Assembly: GCA_041483895.1 (NCBI GenBank)
Contig: JBGPGO010000006.1
Span: 159,198-223,197 of the forward strand
Direction: 5' to 3'
Origin: Fimbriimonadia bacterium
Lineage (GTDB): Bacteria; Armatimonadota; Fimbriimonadia; Fimbriimonadales; JABRVX01
DNA length: 64,000 nt
Positions 41,352 to 50,227 of the stretch are shown one piece after another. The position numbers and the translations under genes are program-made. The notes beneath the pieces are model-generated. The model saw only the letters and a list, made by a program, of their open reading frames with translations, ran no database searches and was not told the origin of the DNA. Position 1 is the first letter of the stretch. Each line of letters opens with the position of its first letter.

Positions 41352-41422
41352 ATCACTCTCCATGGATGTTTATTTCATGCTTATTCCATGCTACCCGCAA
41401 ATCAGTGCTCTGTCAAATAAGA

Positions 41423-41446
41423 AGCGGGGGCCCGAAGGCCCCCGCT
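41423..41446 (-). terminator. Rho-independent terminator of rbp copy 1
   Basis: AGCGGGGGCC-TTCG-GGCCCCCGCT hairpin followed by a T-rich tail on the minus strand. Confidence 0.8.
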
Positions 41447-41467
41447 GTCACGTCGTCTAGAAAGCGA

Positions 41468-41758
41468 TTACCAGCGTCGGCTTCCGCCGCCGCCGCCGCC
41501 GCTGCCGGCTCGGTCCTCTTTCGGCTTCGCTTCGTTCACAGTGATCGCGCGGCCGGCAAGGTCCTTGCCATTGAGGCTCTGAATGGCGGCGAGCGCCTCG
41601 GTCTTGTTGGACATTTCCACGAACCCAAAGCCCTTGGACTGCTGGGTGAATTTGTCCATGATGATGGAGCACGAGGTCACTTCGCCAAATTGCGTAAACG
41701 CCGCGCGCACTTCGTTTTCGGTCGCTTCGAACGACAGATTCCCTACATAGATGTTCAT
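41468..41758 (-). CDS. RRM RNA-binding protein with Gly-rich tail
   Basis: RNP2 IYVGNL and RNP1 KGFGFVEM. Confidence 0.96.
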   Translation of the reverse strand: MNIYVGNLSFEATENEVRAAFTQFGEVTSCSIIMDKFTQQSKGFGFVEMSNKTEALAAIQSLNGKDLAGRAITVNEAKPKEDRAGSGGGGGGSRRW

Positions 41759-41781
41759 TATTTTTCTTTCGTCTTGATTTA

Positions 41782-41880
41782 TTATCCTGAACTCGGGCCG
41801 GTCTATCGATCGAACAAAGGTTTAGCTTACATGCGACTGAAAAAGCGGACAACGTTCCGGACAAGCGGATGTATCATACC
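41782..41880 (-). promoter_or_regulatory. Conserved rbp promoter/5' leader, copy 1
   Basis: 33-nt block 32/33 identical to 42481-42513, a second conserved block, and a GGTATGAT -10-like box. Confidence 0.7.
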
Positions 41881-42105
41881 CGATCCCAGCACACAATTAG
41901 CTCAAAGGTTTGCGGAATTTCGCCGGAAAAGTTAGGAAGCCACCCTGATTTGTTCATGTTTTGCCTTATTCCGGGTACGAATTGAGGCTCTTTTCGGACT
42001 TTCCGCAACTTTAATGCGTAATTCAGCGGGACCTAGTACCCTCGAGAATACGATTGTGAAGGGAAAGCATCCCACCGTCATCTCAGGCAACTGTCACAAA
42101 TAACG

Positions 42106-42130
42106 AGCGGGGGCCGGAACGGCCCCCGCT
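42106..42130 (-). terminator. Rho-independent terminator of rbp copy 2
   Basis: AGCGGGGGCCG-N3-CGGCCCCCGCT hairpin. Confidence 0.75.
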
Positions 42131-42151
42131 ATCATATCGTCGAAAAAGCGA

Positions 42152-42457
42152 TTACCAGCGGCGGTTTCCACCACCGCCACCACCGCCGCCACCGCTGCGG
42201 CTTCCACCTCGGTCCTCTTTCGGCCTCGCCTCGTTCACTGTGATCGAGCGGCCGCCAATCTCCTTACCATTCAGGCCCTGGATAGCGGCAAGCGCTTCGG
42301 CCTTGTTGGACATCTCCACGAAGCCAAACCCTTTGGATTGCTGCGTGTATTTGTCCACGATAATGGAGCAGGACGAAACTTCGCCATACGAGGCGAACGC
42401 TTCGCGGATTTCGCTTTCAGTCGCGTTGAACGACAGATTCCCTACGTAAATGTTCAT
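42152..42457 (-). CDS. RRM RNA-binding protein with Gly-rich tail (paralog)
   Basis: IYVGNL and KGFGFVEM. Closely similar to 41468..41758. Confidence 0.96.
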   Translation of the reverse strand: MNIYVGNLSFNATESEIREAFASYGEVSSCSIIVDKYTQQSKGFGFVEMSNKAEALAAIQGLNGKEIGGRSITVNEARPKEDRGGSRSGGGGGGGGGNRRW

Positions 42458-42480
42458 TTTCTTCTCGAATTGTATAGTCT

Positions 42481-42577
42481 TTATCCTGAACTAGGGCCGG
42501 TCTATCGATCGAAGGGCGAACCCGAATTACGACTGAACGAAGCGGACGACGTTTAGGACAAGCGAAGGCATCATACC
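42481..42577 (-). promoter_or_regulatory. Conserved rbp promoter/5' leader, copy 2
   Basis: Same two blocks and GGTATGAT box as 41782-41880. Confidence 0.7.
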
Positions 42578-42634
42578 ATGTTTGACCAAAAGGCAACCAA
42601 TAATCCGCCAATGGACCTAGTATTGATGCTGGCT

Positions 42635-43897
42635 TTAATTCTCGACTGCCGCCGTGTGGACCGCCCGGAGCACCTCTTCGGCCGTCGTCCAGCCGTTCAA
42701 TATCTTCTGCAGGCCGTCCTCCATCATGTACCGCATGCCCTGCTGCCGGGCGGCGGCGGTCAATTCCTGGAAATTGCCTCCCCGTGCCACCGCGGTCTTG
42801 AAGTCTGGCGTGGCCAAAATCAGCTCAAAGACCCCCATTCGCCCCTTATATCCCGTCTTCCGGCACTCCTCGCATCCTTTGCCCTGCATAAAGTTGGCCT
42901 TCGACGCCTGCTCCGGCGGGATTCCCAGCGAGATCAGCTCGTCCTCGGGCGGAATATATGATGCTCGGCACTTCGGGCAGTTCACGCGCACCAGACGCTG
43001 GGCCATGATCCCGACGATGGTGCTGGCGACCAGATACGGCTCGGCGCCCATGTCGAACATGCGCTGGATGGTCTCGATGGCCGAGTTGGTGTGGATGGTG
43101 GTCAGCACAAGGTGGCCGGTCAGCCCGGCCTGGATGCCGATCGCCAGCGATTCAGGGTCGCGCATTTCTCCCACCATCATCACGTCCGGGTCCTGGCGCA
43201 GGAAGGTGCGGATGACCCGCGGGAAGTTCATCTTCTCGGTCACCTGCACTTGGCAGATGTGATCGTCGAATTCGTATTCAATTGGGTCCTCGACCGTTAC
43301 GATGTTTCGCTTGACGCGCTCCATTTGGGCGATGGAGGCGTACAGCGTCGAGGTTTTGCCGGAGCCGGTGGGGCCGGTGACGCAGATCATGCCGTACGGG
43401 GCCTTGATCGCCTTCTCCCACCGTACGCGCACCTCGGTGGTCATTCCCAGCTTGTCCAGGTCCACCTTCATGTTGCCGGGGTCCAGAATTCGCATCACCA
43501 CCTTCTCGCCGTTCAGCGAGGGGATGACGGAGACACGGGAACTGAGGCGGCGGTCCATGTACTCCATGTCGATGCGGCCGTCTTGGGGCTCGCGCTTTTC
43601 ATCGATGTGCATGTCGCAGGCCAGTTTTATGCGGGCGACGATGTTCTGGGCAATCTCCGTCGGGAACTGGCCGGTGTCGTGGAGGACGCCGTCGATTCGA
43701 TACCGGATCTTGAGCTGGTCGCGCTCCGGTTGGAGGTGGATATCGGATGCGCCGTTCTCCAACGCGCGGGTGAACATGTTGTCCACCATCAGGACGGATT
43801 CGGATAGCTCGTCCCCTCCCATCTCCCTGGTCGTGCCGGTATCCCGAAGGATCAGGCGAAACTTCTTCTTTGACGCCCAACTGCTTCCCGTGGTCAT
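42635..43897 (-). CDS. GspE/PilB family type II secretion / type IV pilus assembly ATPase
   Basis: ASDIH, RYRIDGVL, PQDGR, GPTGSGKT, EDPIEY, LRQDPDVMMVGEMRD, CxxC pairs. Confidence 0.94.
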   Translation of the reverse strand: MTTGSSWASKKKFRLILRDTGTTREMGGDELSESVLMVDNMFTRALENGASDIHLQPERDQLKIRYRIDGVLHDTGQFPTEIAQNIVARIKLACDMHIDEKREPQDGRIDMEYMDRRLSSRVSVIPSLNGEKVVMRILDPGNMKVDLDKLGMTTEVRVRWEKAIKAPYGMICVTGPTGSGKTSTLYASIAQMERVKRNIVTVEDPIEYEFDDHICQVQVTEKMNFPRVIRTFLRQDPDVMMVGEMRDPESLAIGIQAGLTGHLVLTTIHTNSAIETIQRMFDMGAEPYLVASTIVGIMAQRLVRVNCPKCRASYIPPEDELISLGIPPEQASKANFMQGKGCEECRKTGYKGRMGVFELILATPDFKTAVARGGNFQELTAAARQQGMRYMMEDGLQKILNGWTTAEEVLRAVHTAAVEN

Positions 43898-43938
43898 GTG
43901 CGTATTATGGAATACAGATGAGGGATTTCACACGATGA

Positions 43939-44024
43939 CTTGCTGAGGGATGCAGATTCATCGTGTTGGGGTCTGGAAGTGTCGGCGTGCGATCAGATGC
44001 CGCGGGCGAGGACCCCAACACATC
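43939..44024. repeat. ~85-nt hairpin element (family E), left copy
   Basis: GTGTTGGGGTC...GACCCCAACAC stem. Direct repeat of 50005-50089. Confidence 0.85.
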
Positions 44025-44111
44025 GGGGCGGTTTTTGGCCTGATAATTGTGCGGAGGACACCGAACAGTACCGATCGACCTGGCGGGGCGTCAACTGAGA
44101 GGAGGTTAACC

Positions 44112-45341
44112 GTGGGATCAACCAACCTGGCCAGAATTCGGACAATCGCGATCTTCATCCTCACAGCGTTTTGGGCAAGTCATGCGCATGCATTCGACCT
44201 TATGTCGATGTCGAAAATGGACGTCGTTGTGGTTGGGATCGTCGCGAAGGCGCCGCCCACGATTGTCTATCTCCAGACCGCAGACTACAACGGAACGCCT
44301 GTTGAATATGCGCCCAATCCCGGAAAGTATGCGCTTTACCGCCTGACGAACGTCATCGCGCTGAAGGGAACCGCGCCGAGCGAGATCACGGTGGTTGGTG
44401 ACGCGACTAGGGAGCTACCACCAGGGAACTGGGGATCGAGTGGAATATTTCCGTCGGTACCACAACCCGGCAAGCGACTGCTGGTATTTCTGCACCGTTC
44501 CGACAAGGGCCGTTTTAATATGGAACCGAGCGCGAATGCCGACCCAGAGGAATGTGAGTTTCTTGAAGCTCCAAAGAACGTGGACCTTCGCTTCGATGGC
44601 ATTCATACCATGCAGGGATGGAAGGAACTCAGCGACGAGCCAAAAGAGCTTCCTATTCACCACGATTATCTAGGATACGATATCGCCCGCATCTTTCTAG
44701 TGGCATACGGCGCAAGGGAATCGGGAGAGAACACGTCGTCGTTATGGCTGGGCCCGGATGCGACCCAGTTCAGAGAAGCAGCGGCATATCCAGAGGGATA
44801 TCCCGATATTGTTGCCTGTCGGTCCCTGGTGGGTCACGATCCGGCGGCATTCTATCGATCCGAAATCGAACCGAAGCTCAAGGCGATGACGACTGACGCA
44901 GAGCGGCTCCAACGCTTGCTGCTGGCAGGCAGCTGGGGGGTCGAAGGTGTCGCTACGCAAATCACAGACATCATTATGGCGGCGGGCAAGATAACGGATC
45001 CGAAGTTCAAGAAGGCCGCCGAGTACGCCGCGCGGTCCGTCCCGCACTTTGACTCAGGGTTCGCCAACGTCGAGCGGTTGCTTACTAATATCAATCCAGG
45101 TGTTCTTTCGGCTGTGGCGCAAAGCCTCGGCAGCCCGAAATCTAAGCAATTCCCTCCATCGGTGTTCCGGTTACTGGACGATTCAGACGAAGAGGTATTG
45201 CGTTCGGCGATGCGCGCGCTCGCCGGGATGTTCAGCGACTACCAGCATGTGCCAAAGAGCGGGATTGGCGGTGGCTTCGAGCCCGGTTCGCGAAATGCCG
45301 AACTTCTAGAGTACTGGAGGGCCAAGGGGCCAAGGTGGTGA
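44112..45341 (+). CDS. Secreted hypothetical protein with C-terminal HEAT-like repeats
   Basis: GAGGAGG RBS before GTG 44112. Signal peptide ending AHA-F. LLDDSDEEVLRSAMRALA HEAT-like segment. Confidence 0.65.
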   Translation: MGSTNLARIRTIAIFILTAFWASHAHAFDLMSMSKMDVVVVGIVAKAPPTIVYLQTADYNGTPVEYAPNPGKYALYRLTNVIALKGTAPSEITVVGDATRELPPGNWGSSGIFPSVPQPGKRLLVFLHRSDKGRFNMEPSANADPEECEFLEAPKNVDLRFDGIHTMQGWKELSDEPKELPIHHDYLGYDIARIFLVAYGARESGENTSSLWLGPDATQFREAAAYPEGYPDIVACRSLVGHDPAAFYRSEIEPKLKAMTTDAERLQRLLLAGSWGVEGVATQITDIIMAAGKITDPKFKKAAEYAARSVPHFDSGFANVERLLTNINPGVLSAVAQSLGSPKSKQFPPSVFRLLDDSDEEVLRSAMRALAGMFSDYQHVPKSGIGGGFEPGSRNAELLEYWRAKGPRW

Positions 45342-45641
45342 ATTCTTGGAGCGGCGCCGGTCGTTGCGGCGGCTGCCAGGACCCTCAATAATGTGATTAT
45401 TGAGGGATGCCATTACGCCAGGAGGAGTTTGAAGGAACTCCGAAAAGCTCTGAAGAGCAATTGGAAAAATATCGCTGAGCACAAAGGCTATCTTAAGGAT
45501 CCGACGAAGCATGTCAAAGACTGGGCCGAAAAATCACGTGAAGAGCAATGCGGACTTATGCGTCATTGGGAAGGGGAGATCGACCGGTGGCTCGAGCAAG
45601 TGAACATTCTAGAAGAACTTATCAAACTGGCCGGTGAATGA
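45342..45641 (+). pseudogene. Orphan polymorphic-toxin C-terminal tip (putative)
   Basis: Frame open from 45342 with no RBS: ILGAAPVVAAAA...IAEHKGYLKDPTKHVKDW...GLMRHWEGEI. Stop overlaps the next ATG. Confidence 0.5.
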
Positions 45642-46162
45642 AAATGCAAGAAAAGGATTACGTGGTATACGCGGAGGTTGGCTGTGAAATGTTGCTGCAA
45701 TGGGCACAAGACCATTCAAAGAAGGGCAATCGCCAGGGTATTCCTGGAAGGCGGAAAGAAATAGCCCAGGTAGCTGAGACATGGAATGCAATCAAGGCCA
45801 TAATTCTTCGCCTCGCGATTCAGCACCATATTCGGCCCTATCTCTTAGGTTTCAAGGACTACGATGGTAGTAAAGGTTCTGTCGGCGCAGAACAGTCCTC
45901 AGATCAAATTGCCGAATCAAATTATGCCTTGTTCATTCAAGACCTCATTCAGGAAATGAAGTTGGAGGCGCGGAAAGCATGGAGCCATCTCAAATCGGTA
46001 GGCAGGAATCAGGATTTTGACGGTCACTCGTGGGTATGGATGCATGCCTTGGACTCACTAAAGCATTTATCCGTGGATCTAGAGCTTTCTGTCGAACTCG
46101 ATGATATCGAACCCGAGGAGGAATATATAGATGCTTTAGGGTCAAGTGTTAACAGATCATAG
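45638..46162 (+). CDS. Hypothetical acidic protein, candidate immunity protein
   Basis: ATGA coupling to the upstream toxin-like fragment. AT-rich. Acidic C-terminus. Confidence 0.55.
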   Translation: MKMQEKDYVVYAEVGCEMLLQWAQDHSKKGNRQGIPGRRKEIAQVAETWNAIKAIILRLAIQHHIRPYLLGFKDYDGSKGSVGAEQSSDQIAESNYALFIQDLIQEMKLEARKAWSHLKSVGRNQDFDGHSWVWMHALDSLKHLSVDLELSVELDDIEPEEEYIDALGSSVNRS

Positions 46163-46239
46163 CATACTCAGACCGGGTAGGATCCCAGCGATCCAGATGT
46201 CAGCTTTCTTATCCCTTCACAGTCGTACTGTGAAGGGTG

Positions 46240-46345
46240 CCGGAATTTATGTTATCCAACCGTTTTGGCGCTTCCACCGTGGTCAAACGCGGGCCTTTGG
46301 AATTGGCGGACGGAAGAGTATCGGCAATCGGGCCCGCGCCTACGA
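46240..46345. repeat. Family F element, second copy
   Basis: Aligns over ~105 nt with 30638-30742 and ends in CCCGCGCCTAC (GTAG on the minus strand). Confidence 0.7.
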
Positions 46346-46395
46346 ATCGACAATTTCAATGACGCGGCCTATGTGATTGTTGAGGAATGCAAATC

Positions 46396-47040
46396 TCAAT
46401 AAGGCTGCTTCGCCGGGTCCCACCAGCCCGCGGCGGCCTCGTCCATCAGTTGGTCATACGACAGCCGTCGAGCGTGCCCGTCCACATACCCGATGTTCGT
46501 GCCCGACGCATGCACGTTGGACGGCAGGTTGCGCAGGTCCGCGTGGTCCGGCCAGTTGAAGCACCCGTCGTCTATGTTCGGCCGGCCCTCGTGAATCAGA
46601 ATCAGCATCCGCGCCGGCGACCGCACCCGCGCGCCGTTGTAGAAGTGCATCTTGATGTTCATCGTATACGACAGAGGGAAATTCGGGTTCTTTGGCACGT
46701 GCTTGGGAGCGATACCGCGGTCTACCGGACAGAGGTAAATCTCCTTGCTCTTCGTGTAAGAATATATGCTGCCGTTTTGGACGATCACGTCGGTGTCGGT
46801 CGCGACGGTGCCGTCCCAATCGGGCCGCGCATACCCATACCATGTAGACGGGTATTTCGAATGGTTGTCGGTCGCGTAGAGCTGAAACGCCAAGCTAAGG
46901 TTGCGCAGGTTCGACAGGCAGGTGATGGTCTGCGCGCTCTTCCTCGCCTGGGCGAACACGGGGAACAGGATGGCGGCCAAGATGGCGATGATGGCGATAA
47001 CTACCAGCAACTCGATTAGGGTAAACCCCTGACGCTTCAT
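46396..47040 (-). CDS. Prepilin-type N-terminal cleavage/methylation protein with H-X9-DG motif (DUF1559-like)
   Basis: GFTLIELLVVIAIIAILAAILFPVFAQAR, CLSNLR, HASGTNIGYVDGH. AGGAG RBS. Confidence 0.93.
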   Translation of the reverse strand: MKRQGFTLIELLVVIAIIAILAAILFPVFAQARKSAQTITCLSNLRNLSLAFQLYATDNHSKYPSTWYGYARPDWDGTVATDTDVIVQNGSIYSYTKSKEIYLCPVDRGIAPKHVPKNPNFPLSYTMNIKMHFYNGARVRSPARMLILIHEGRPNIDDGCFNWPDHADLRNLPSNVHASGTNIGYVDGHARRLSYDQLMDEAAAGWWDPAKQPY

Positions 47041-47152
47041 TGAGGCTCCTTGGACGGTACGTTCCCATAGTACTCCAACTCGCGGCTCGTGTCAACCCGG
47101 CCGTTCTTTCCGGTGCAAGAGATGTTGAGGCAACCATCCGATTCGGAATGCG

Positions 47153-47452
47153 GAGAGTCTGAACAACATGGTCAGTCCTGCGGACGGCGAAGTCCAGGAG
47201 ATTCCGATCATCGATCCGGCGAGGGGGCCGGGAGAGATGGTGCTCACCTAGGAGCTTGCCGTCGAAGTGCACGCGGCGCTGGCGCGCATTCCGGAAGTGT
47301 ATCGCGTGGCGGTGACGCTGTGCGACATCGAGGGGATGTCCTATTCGGAGATCGCGGACATCCAAGGGACCACGGTCGGCACGGTGCGGTCGCGGATCCA
47401 CAGGGACCGCCAGATGCTGAAGAAAGAACTGGCGAAGCGCAAGCTGGCATAA
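47153..47452 (+). pseudogene. ECF sigma factor remnant (linker plus region 4)
   Basis: ESLNNMV...DPARGP..VLT*ELAVEVHAALARIPEVYR...GMSYSEIADIQGTTVGTVRSRIHR. In-frame TAG at 47249. Region 2 absent. Confidence 0.8.
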
Positions 47453-47471
47453 CAGAATTCTTGTTGAGGAT

Positions 47472-47498
47472 ACGCCCCGATCTCATCGGGGCGTTTTT
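47472..47498 (+). terminator. Rho-independent terminator
   Basis: ACGCCCCGAT-CTC-ATCGGGGCGT followed by a T-run. Confidence 0.85.
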
Positions 47499-47520
47499 GT
47501 TGCTTAGTCCTTGAAAAGTG

Positions 47521-48021
47521 TCAAGGATGTCCTGGCACTGTGAGCGCATTCGAGGTGATGCAGCCGGACCAAATCCGATCGTTGGCTAGTGCTGCCAAAT
47601 CAACCATGAACAAAGGTTGCCGATCATCGATCTCGCCCGAACCGGAGTAAGAAGCTACCAACGTGCAGGGCTTGGGGATCGACCTCCATGGAAGATACCG
47701 TGAATTCCACCTCTGTCGCGAGATAATCCAACCGCCAACCGGAATCTTGCCTGGCAATCTGATCATTTGGCTGACTCCGTTTTGGATCTGGTAGCGGTGT
47801 CCGTACTGATCAGTGGCGCTAATCGCAAGTGCGCCAATCATGAGGGTATCGGGTATCGCAAGCGTAAATGTCGAATGGTTCTCCAACAAAAGCGTGAGCT
47901 CGAAATCGTCTCCAGGTTCCACTTCCACTCCTTGAATGATGCTGATCTGAAGTGGTGAAGCAGCGGCGAAAATTGGGGTTAAAGCGGCTAGCAATGGTAT
48001 CAGAGCAAGCATGTCATTCAC
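47521..48021 (-). CDS. Secreted hypothetical protein, Ig-like beta-sandwich
   Basis: Signal peptide, LTLLLENHS and C-terminal WSGCITSNALTV patterns. Overlaps the upstream ORF. Confidence 0.55.
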   Translation of the reverse strand: MNDMLALIPLLAALTPIFAAASPLQISIIQGVEVEPGDDFELTLLLENHSTFTLAIPDTLMIGALAISATDQYGHRYQIQNGVSQMIRLPGKIPVGGWIISRQRWNSRYLPWRSIPKPCTLVASYSGSGEIDDRQPLFMVDLAALANDRIWSGCITSNALTVPGHP

Positions 48022-48796
48022 CGGACCCTAGTTCTAGAAGTTCCTCCCCAAACAGGTTGTTGAGCGTACCCAATTTCTTGACTCGTCGACCGTAAACTAG
48101 TGGGACGGGTAGCACGAGGGAGCCGGAATCCAGCGCCAGAAAGTAAAAGCTCTGTGTTGTCGACAAGTCATCTCCTTGTAGAGTGTGGACCACGAGATCA
48201 AGTCCGGTGCTCGCTTTACCGCCCCACGAAGCGTATGGTCTGACCAAATAGTCAACCGAATCGATCACGTACCCCAACCGAATTTTGGAGCGTACGGCCC
48301 AACGCGATAGCGTCTTGCGAAGAATCTGGGGCTCAACTTCCGAAAGGGATCCAATGAAATCGACGTATGATTTGGCAACTAACAGGTGCGAGAAGTGGCT
48401 TTCGTACTCCGCATCGGCGGATCGAAGGGTTTCGATGAATGGCTCATTCCCTAGTATGACAACCAGCGGTGTTGAGTTTCGATGGGCTTCAAGCAGAGAT
48501 CGTGCCGAACGAACTTCCCGCGAATCCACGCTGATAGTTATCCATTCATTGATGCCGCTGATTCGGAATTTGATGTCGGCCGCTTTAATAAGATTCTGCA
48601 AATCGATGAGCGAAATGATGTCACTCGCTCGCACATGCGCAACGGGCGAGAACTCAATTTGTTGCCCGACGAATGTATTTTCAAGGTTGGAAACTCGGAA
48701 GTTGATTTGCGTGGGTGGCATCGTGCCATCCGCTCGAGCCGAAGTTGCATGGCAAAACAACAGAAGCAAGGTGAGGATGTTGGCTACCCGATTCAT
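48014..48796 (-). CDS. Secreted hypothetical protein with DUF2007-like domain
   Basis: Signal peptide MNRVANILTLLLLFCHATSARA. LQNLIKAADIKFRI...ISVDSREVRSARSLL pattern. Confidence 0.55.
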   Translation of the reverse strand: MNRVANILTLLLLFCHATSARADGTMPPTQINFRVSNLENTFVGQQIEFSPVAHVRASDIISLIDLQNLIKAADIKFRISGINEWITISVDSREVRSARSLLEAHRNSTPLVVILGNEPFIETLRSADAEYESHFSHLLVAKSYVDFIGSLSEVEPQILRKTLSRWAVRSKIRLGYVIDSVDYLVRPYASWGGKASTGLDLVVHTLQGDDLSTTQSFYFLALDSGSLVLPVPLVYGRRVKKLGTLNNLFGEELLELGSGE

Positions 48797-48981
48797 TTTG
48801 CAATTGAGTCGGACTTGAGTTACCGGCACGAGTTTATGGCCTCCATTCGTCCGTCCACCGGAGGACCTGTTGATGGATAAACGGCCTCAGATGGTCCGTT
48901 CAATTGTCCACTATTGAGGATGTACGTTGGTTCTTTTTTCAAGCTCGACCTTCTTCAGATATCCACGTAGCCAATCTAGCA

Positions 48982-49643
48982 TCAACGCGTCCTTGGGGGC
49001 CTACTCCTTGACCAAAATACGACTTTCTTTCTTTCCATCATCACTTGAAATCGGATCAGCCACGCATCAGCTTCAGTTCCGCCTTCATTCGACATACATA
49101 AGGTAATATCATAAGCAGTTGCTTGCTTTCCGTTATCCATGTATCTTCTCTTTAGGTAAGAACCAGATGTGACAAACTCCAGTTCGCCGATTTGCTCGTG
49201 GATTTCCTGCGTCGCAAGAGCCAGCTTCAATGGTTTGTACAGTATCTTAGGAGGCTTCAGGATCATTTCGTCCAAAGTCTGATTTAGTTGAATCTTTGTC
49301 GGCGGCCTCTGCTCCACAATTGTCTTCTTAGATGTTCCCAGCTCATAAAATGCAATAAAATAATCTTGGCGCTTGGCGGCGTTTCTTAGCACATTCGAAG
49401 CAATTCTTGCGTTCTGTTGTGGTACGCGGATTTCACCAATGCCATGCGCGGAATCAATAGAGCAAGGAATTTTGCGACTTTCGAGCAGGCTCATGATATG
49501 TCGTACCGTTGCCTCGTCAAAGAATTAATCTCTCCAATTGATATGTAACCCTCATTATAGTCAAGTGGCACATCGCCCGGAACCAAGGTCCTTCCATTTC
49601 CTTGTAGCAAAGCGAGAAAAAGCAGGCATCCATTTACGCTCAT
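48982..49643 (-). pseudogene. Split or frameshifted paralog of 48014..48796
   Basis: Hydrophobic N-part (49643-49491) and body (49494-48982) are in different frames. Both domains align loosely with the downstream gene. Confidence 0.5.
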
Positions 49644-50004
49644 GGCAAACGCACTGCCGATTCCAGATTGCATTGTGGATCTCCTTTACAAATGCAACAG
49701 GCTCACTTGACTTAAGCAAATATAGCGAGATCACTCGCAGCACCCCTTAGTTCGGCCGTCATCATCCCGAAACACGCCATGCATCCCTCCACAAACACTT
49801 TGTAGAGCGTACCCGGTTGGCAGGCTCCTTGGCATCACGATCCCGGACCGGGTGGCAAATGCCCGCCCATCCGCCATGGATCGTGCGATCCTAAGACTCC
49901 GAAAACCCTCCACAAAGATCGATGGAAGTATCACTTCATAGCATATTACTTCCACTCCGGCTCCTTTCCGGTTGGTAGTCTCCCGAAGAACCTCAACCGG
50001 ACGG

Positions 50005-50089
50005 CTTGCTGTGCCGTGCAGGTCATCGTGTTGGGGTCTGGACGCGTCGGCATGCGGTCAGTAGCGGCGGGCGAGGACCCCAACACATC
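50005..50089. repeat. ~85-nt hairpin element (family E), right copy
   Basis: Direct repeat of 43939-44024. Confidence 0.85.
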
Positions 50090-50110
50090 ACATTTCCTTT
50101 TGAATGTCTT

Positions 50111-50181
50111 GATGCGGCCGGTCTCCTGACCAAGCCGCGCCTCTCGTCCCAGCGATGCGGCCGGTCTCCCGACCGAGCCGC
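50111..50181. repeat. Family A palindromic repeats (two variant copies)
   Basis: GATGCGGCCGGTCTCCYGACCRAGCCGC at 50111-50138 and 50154-50181. Confidence 0.85.
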
Positions 50182-50227
50182 CGGGTTCTCCTCGGCAACT
50201 TCCGCCCCATTCTTCTCGTAATCCATA

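Noticed and set aside
42635..47040. Complete type II secretion / type IV pilus locus
   Set aside because: Only a GspE/PilB ATPase and one H-X9-DG prepilin-like gene are present, separated by unrelated genes. No PilC/GspF, secretin or prepilin peptidase is in the window.
43939..50089. Integron attC sites flanking gene cassettes
   Set aside because: The GTT box precedes the AAC box on both strands, the reverse of attC order. Only two copies bracket many genes of mixed orientation, and no integron integrase is present.
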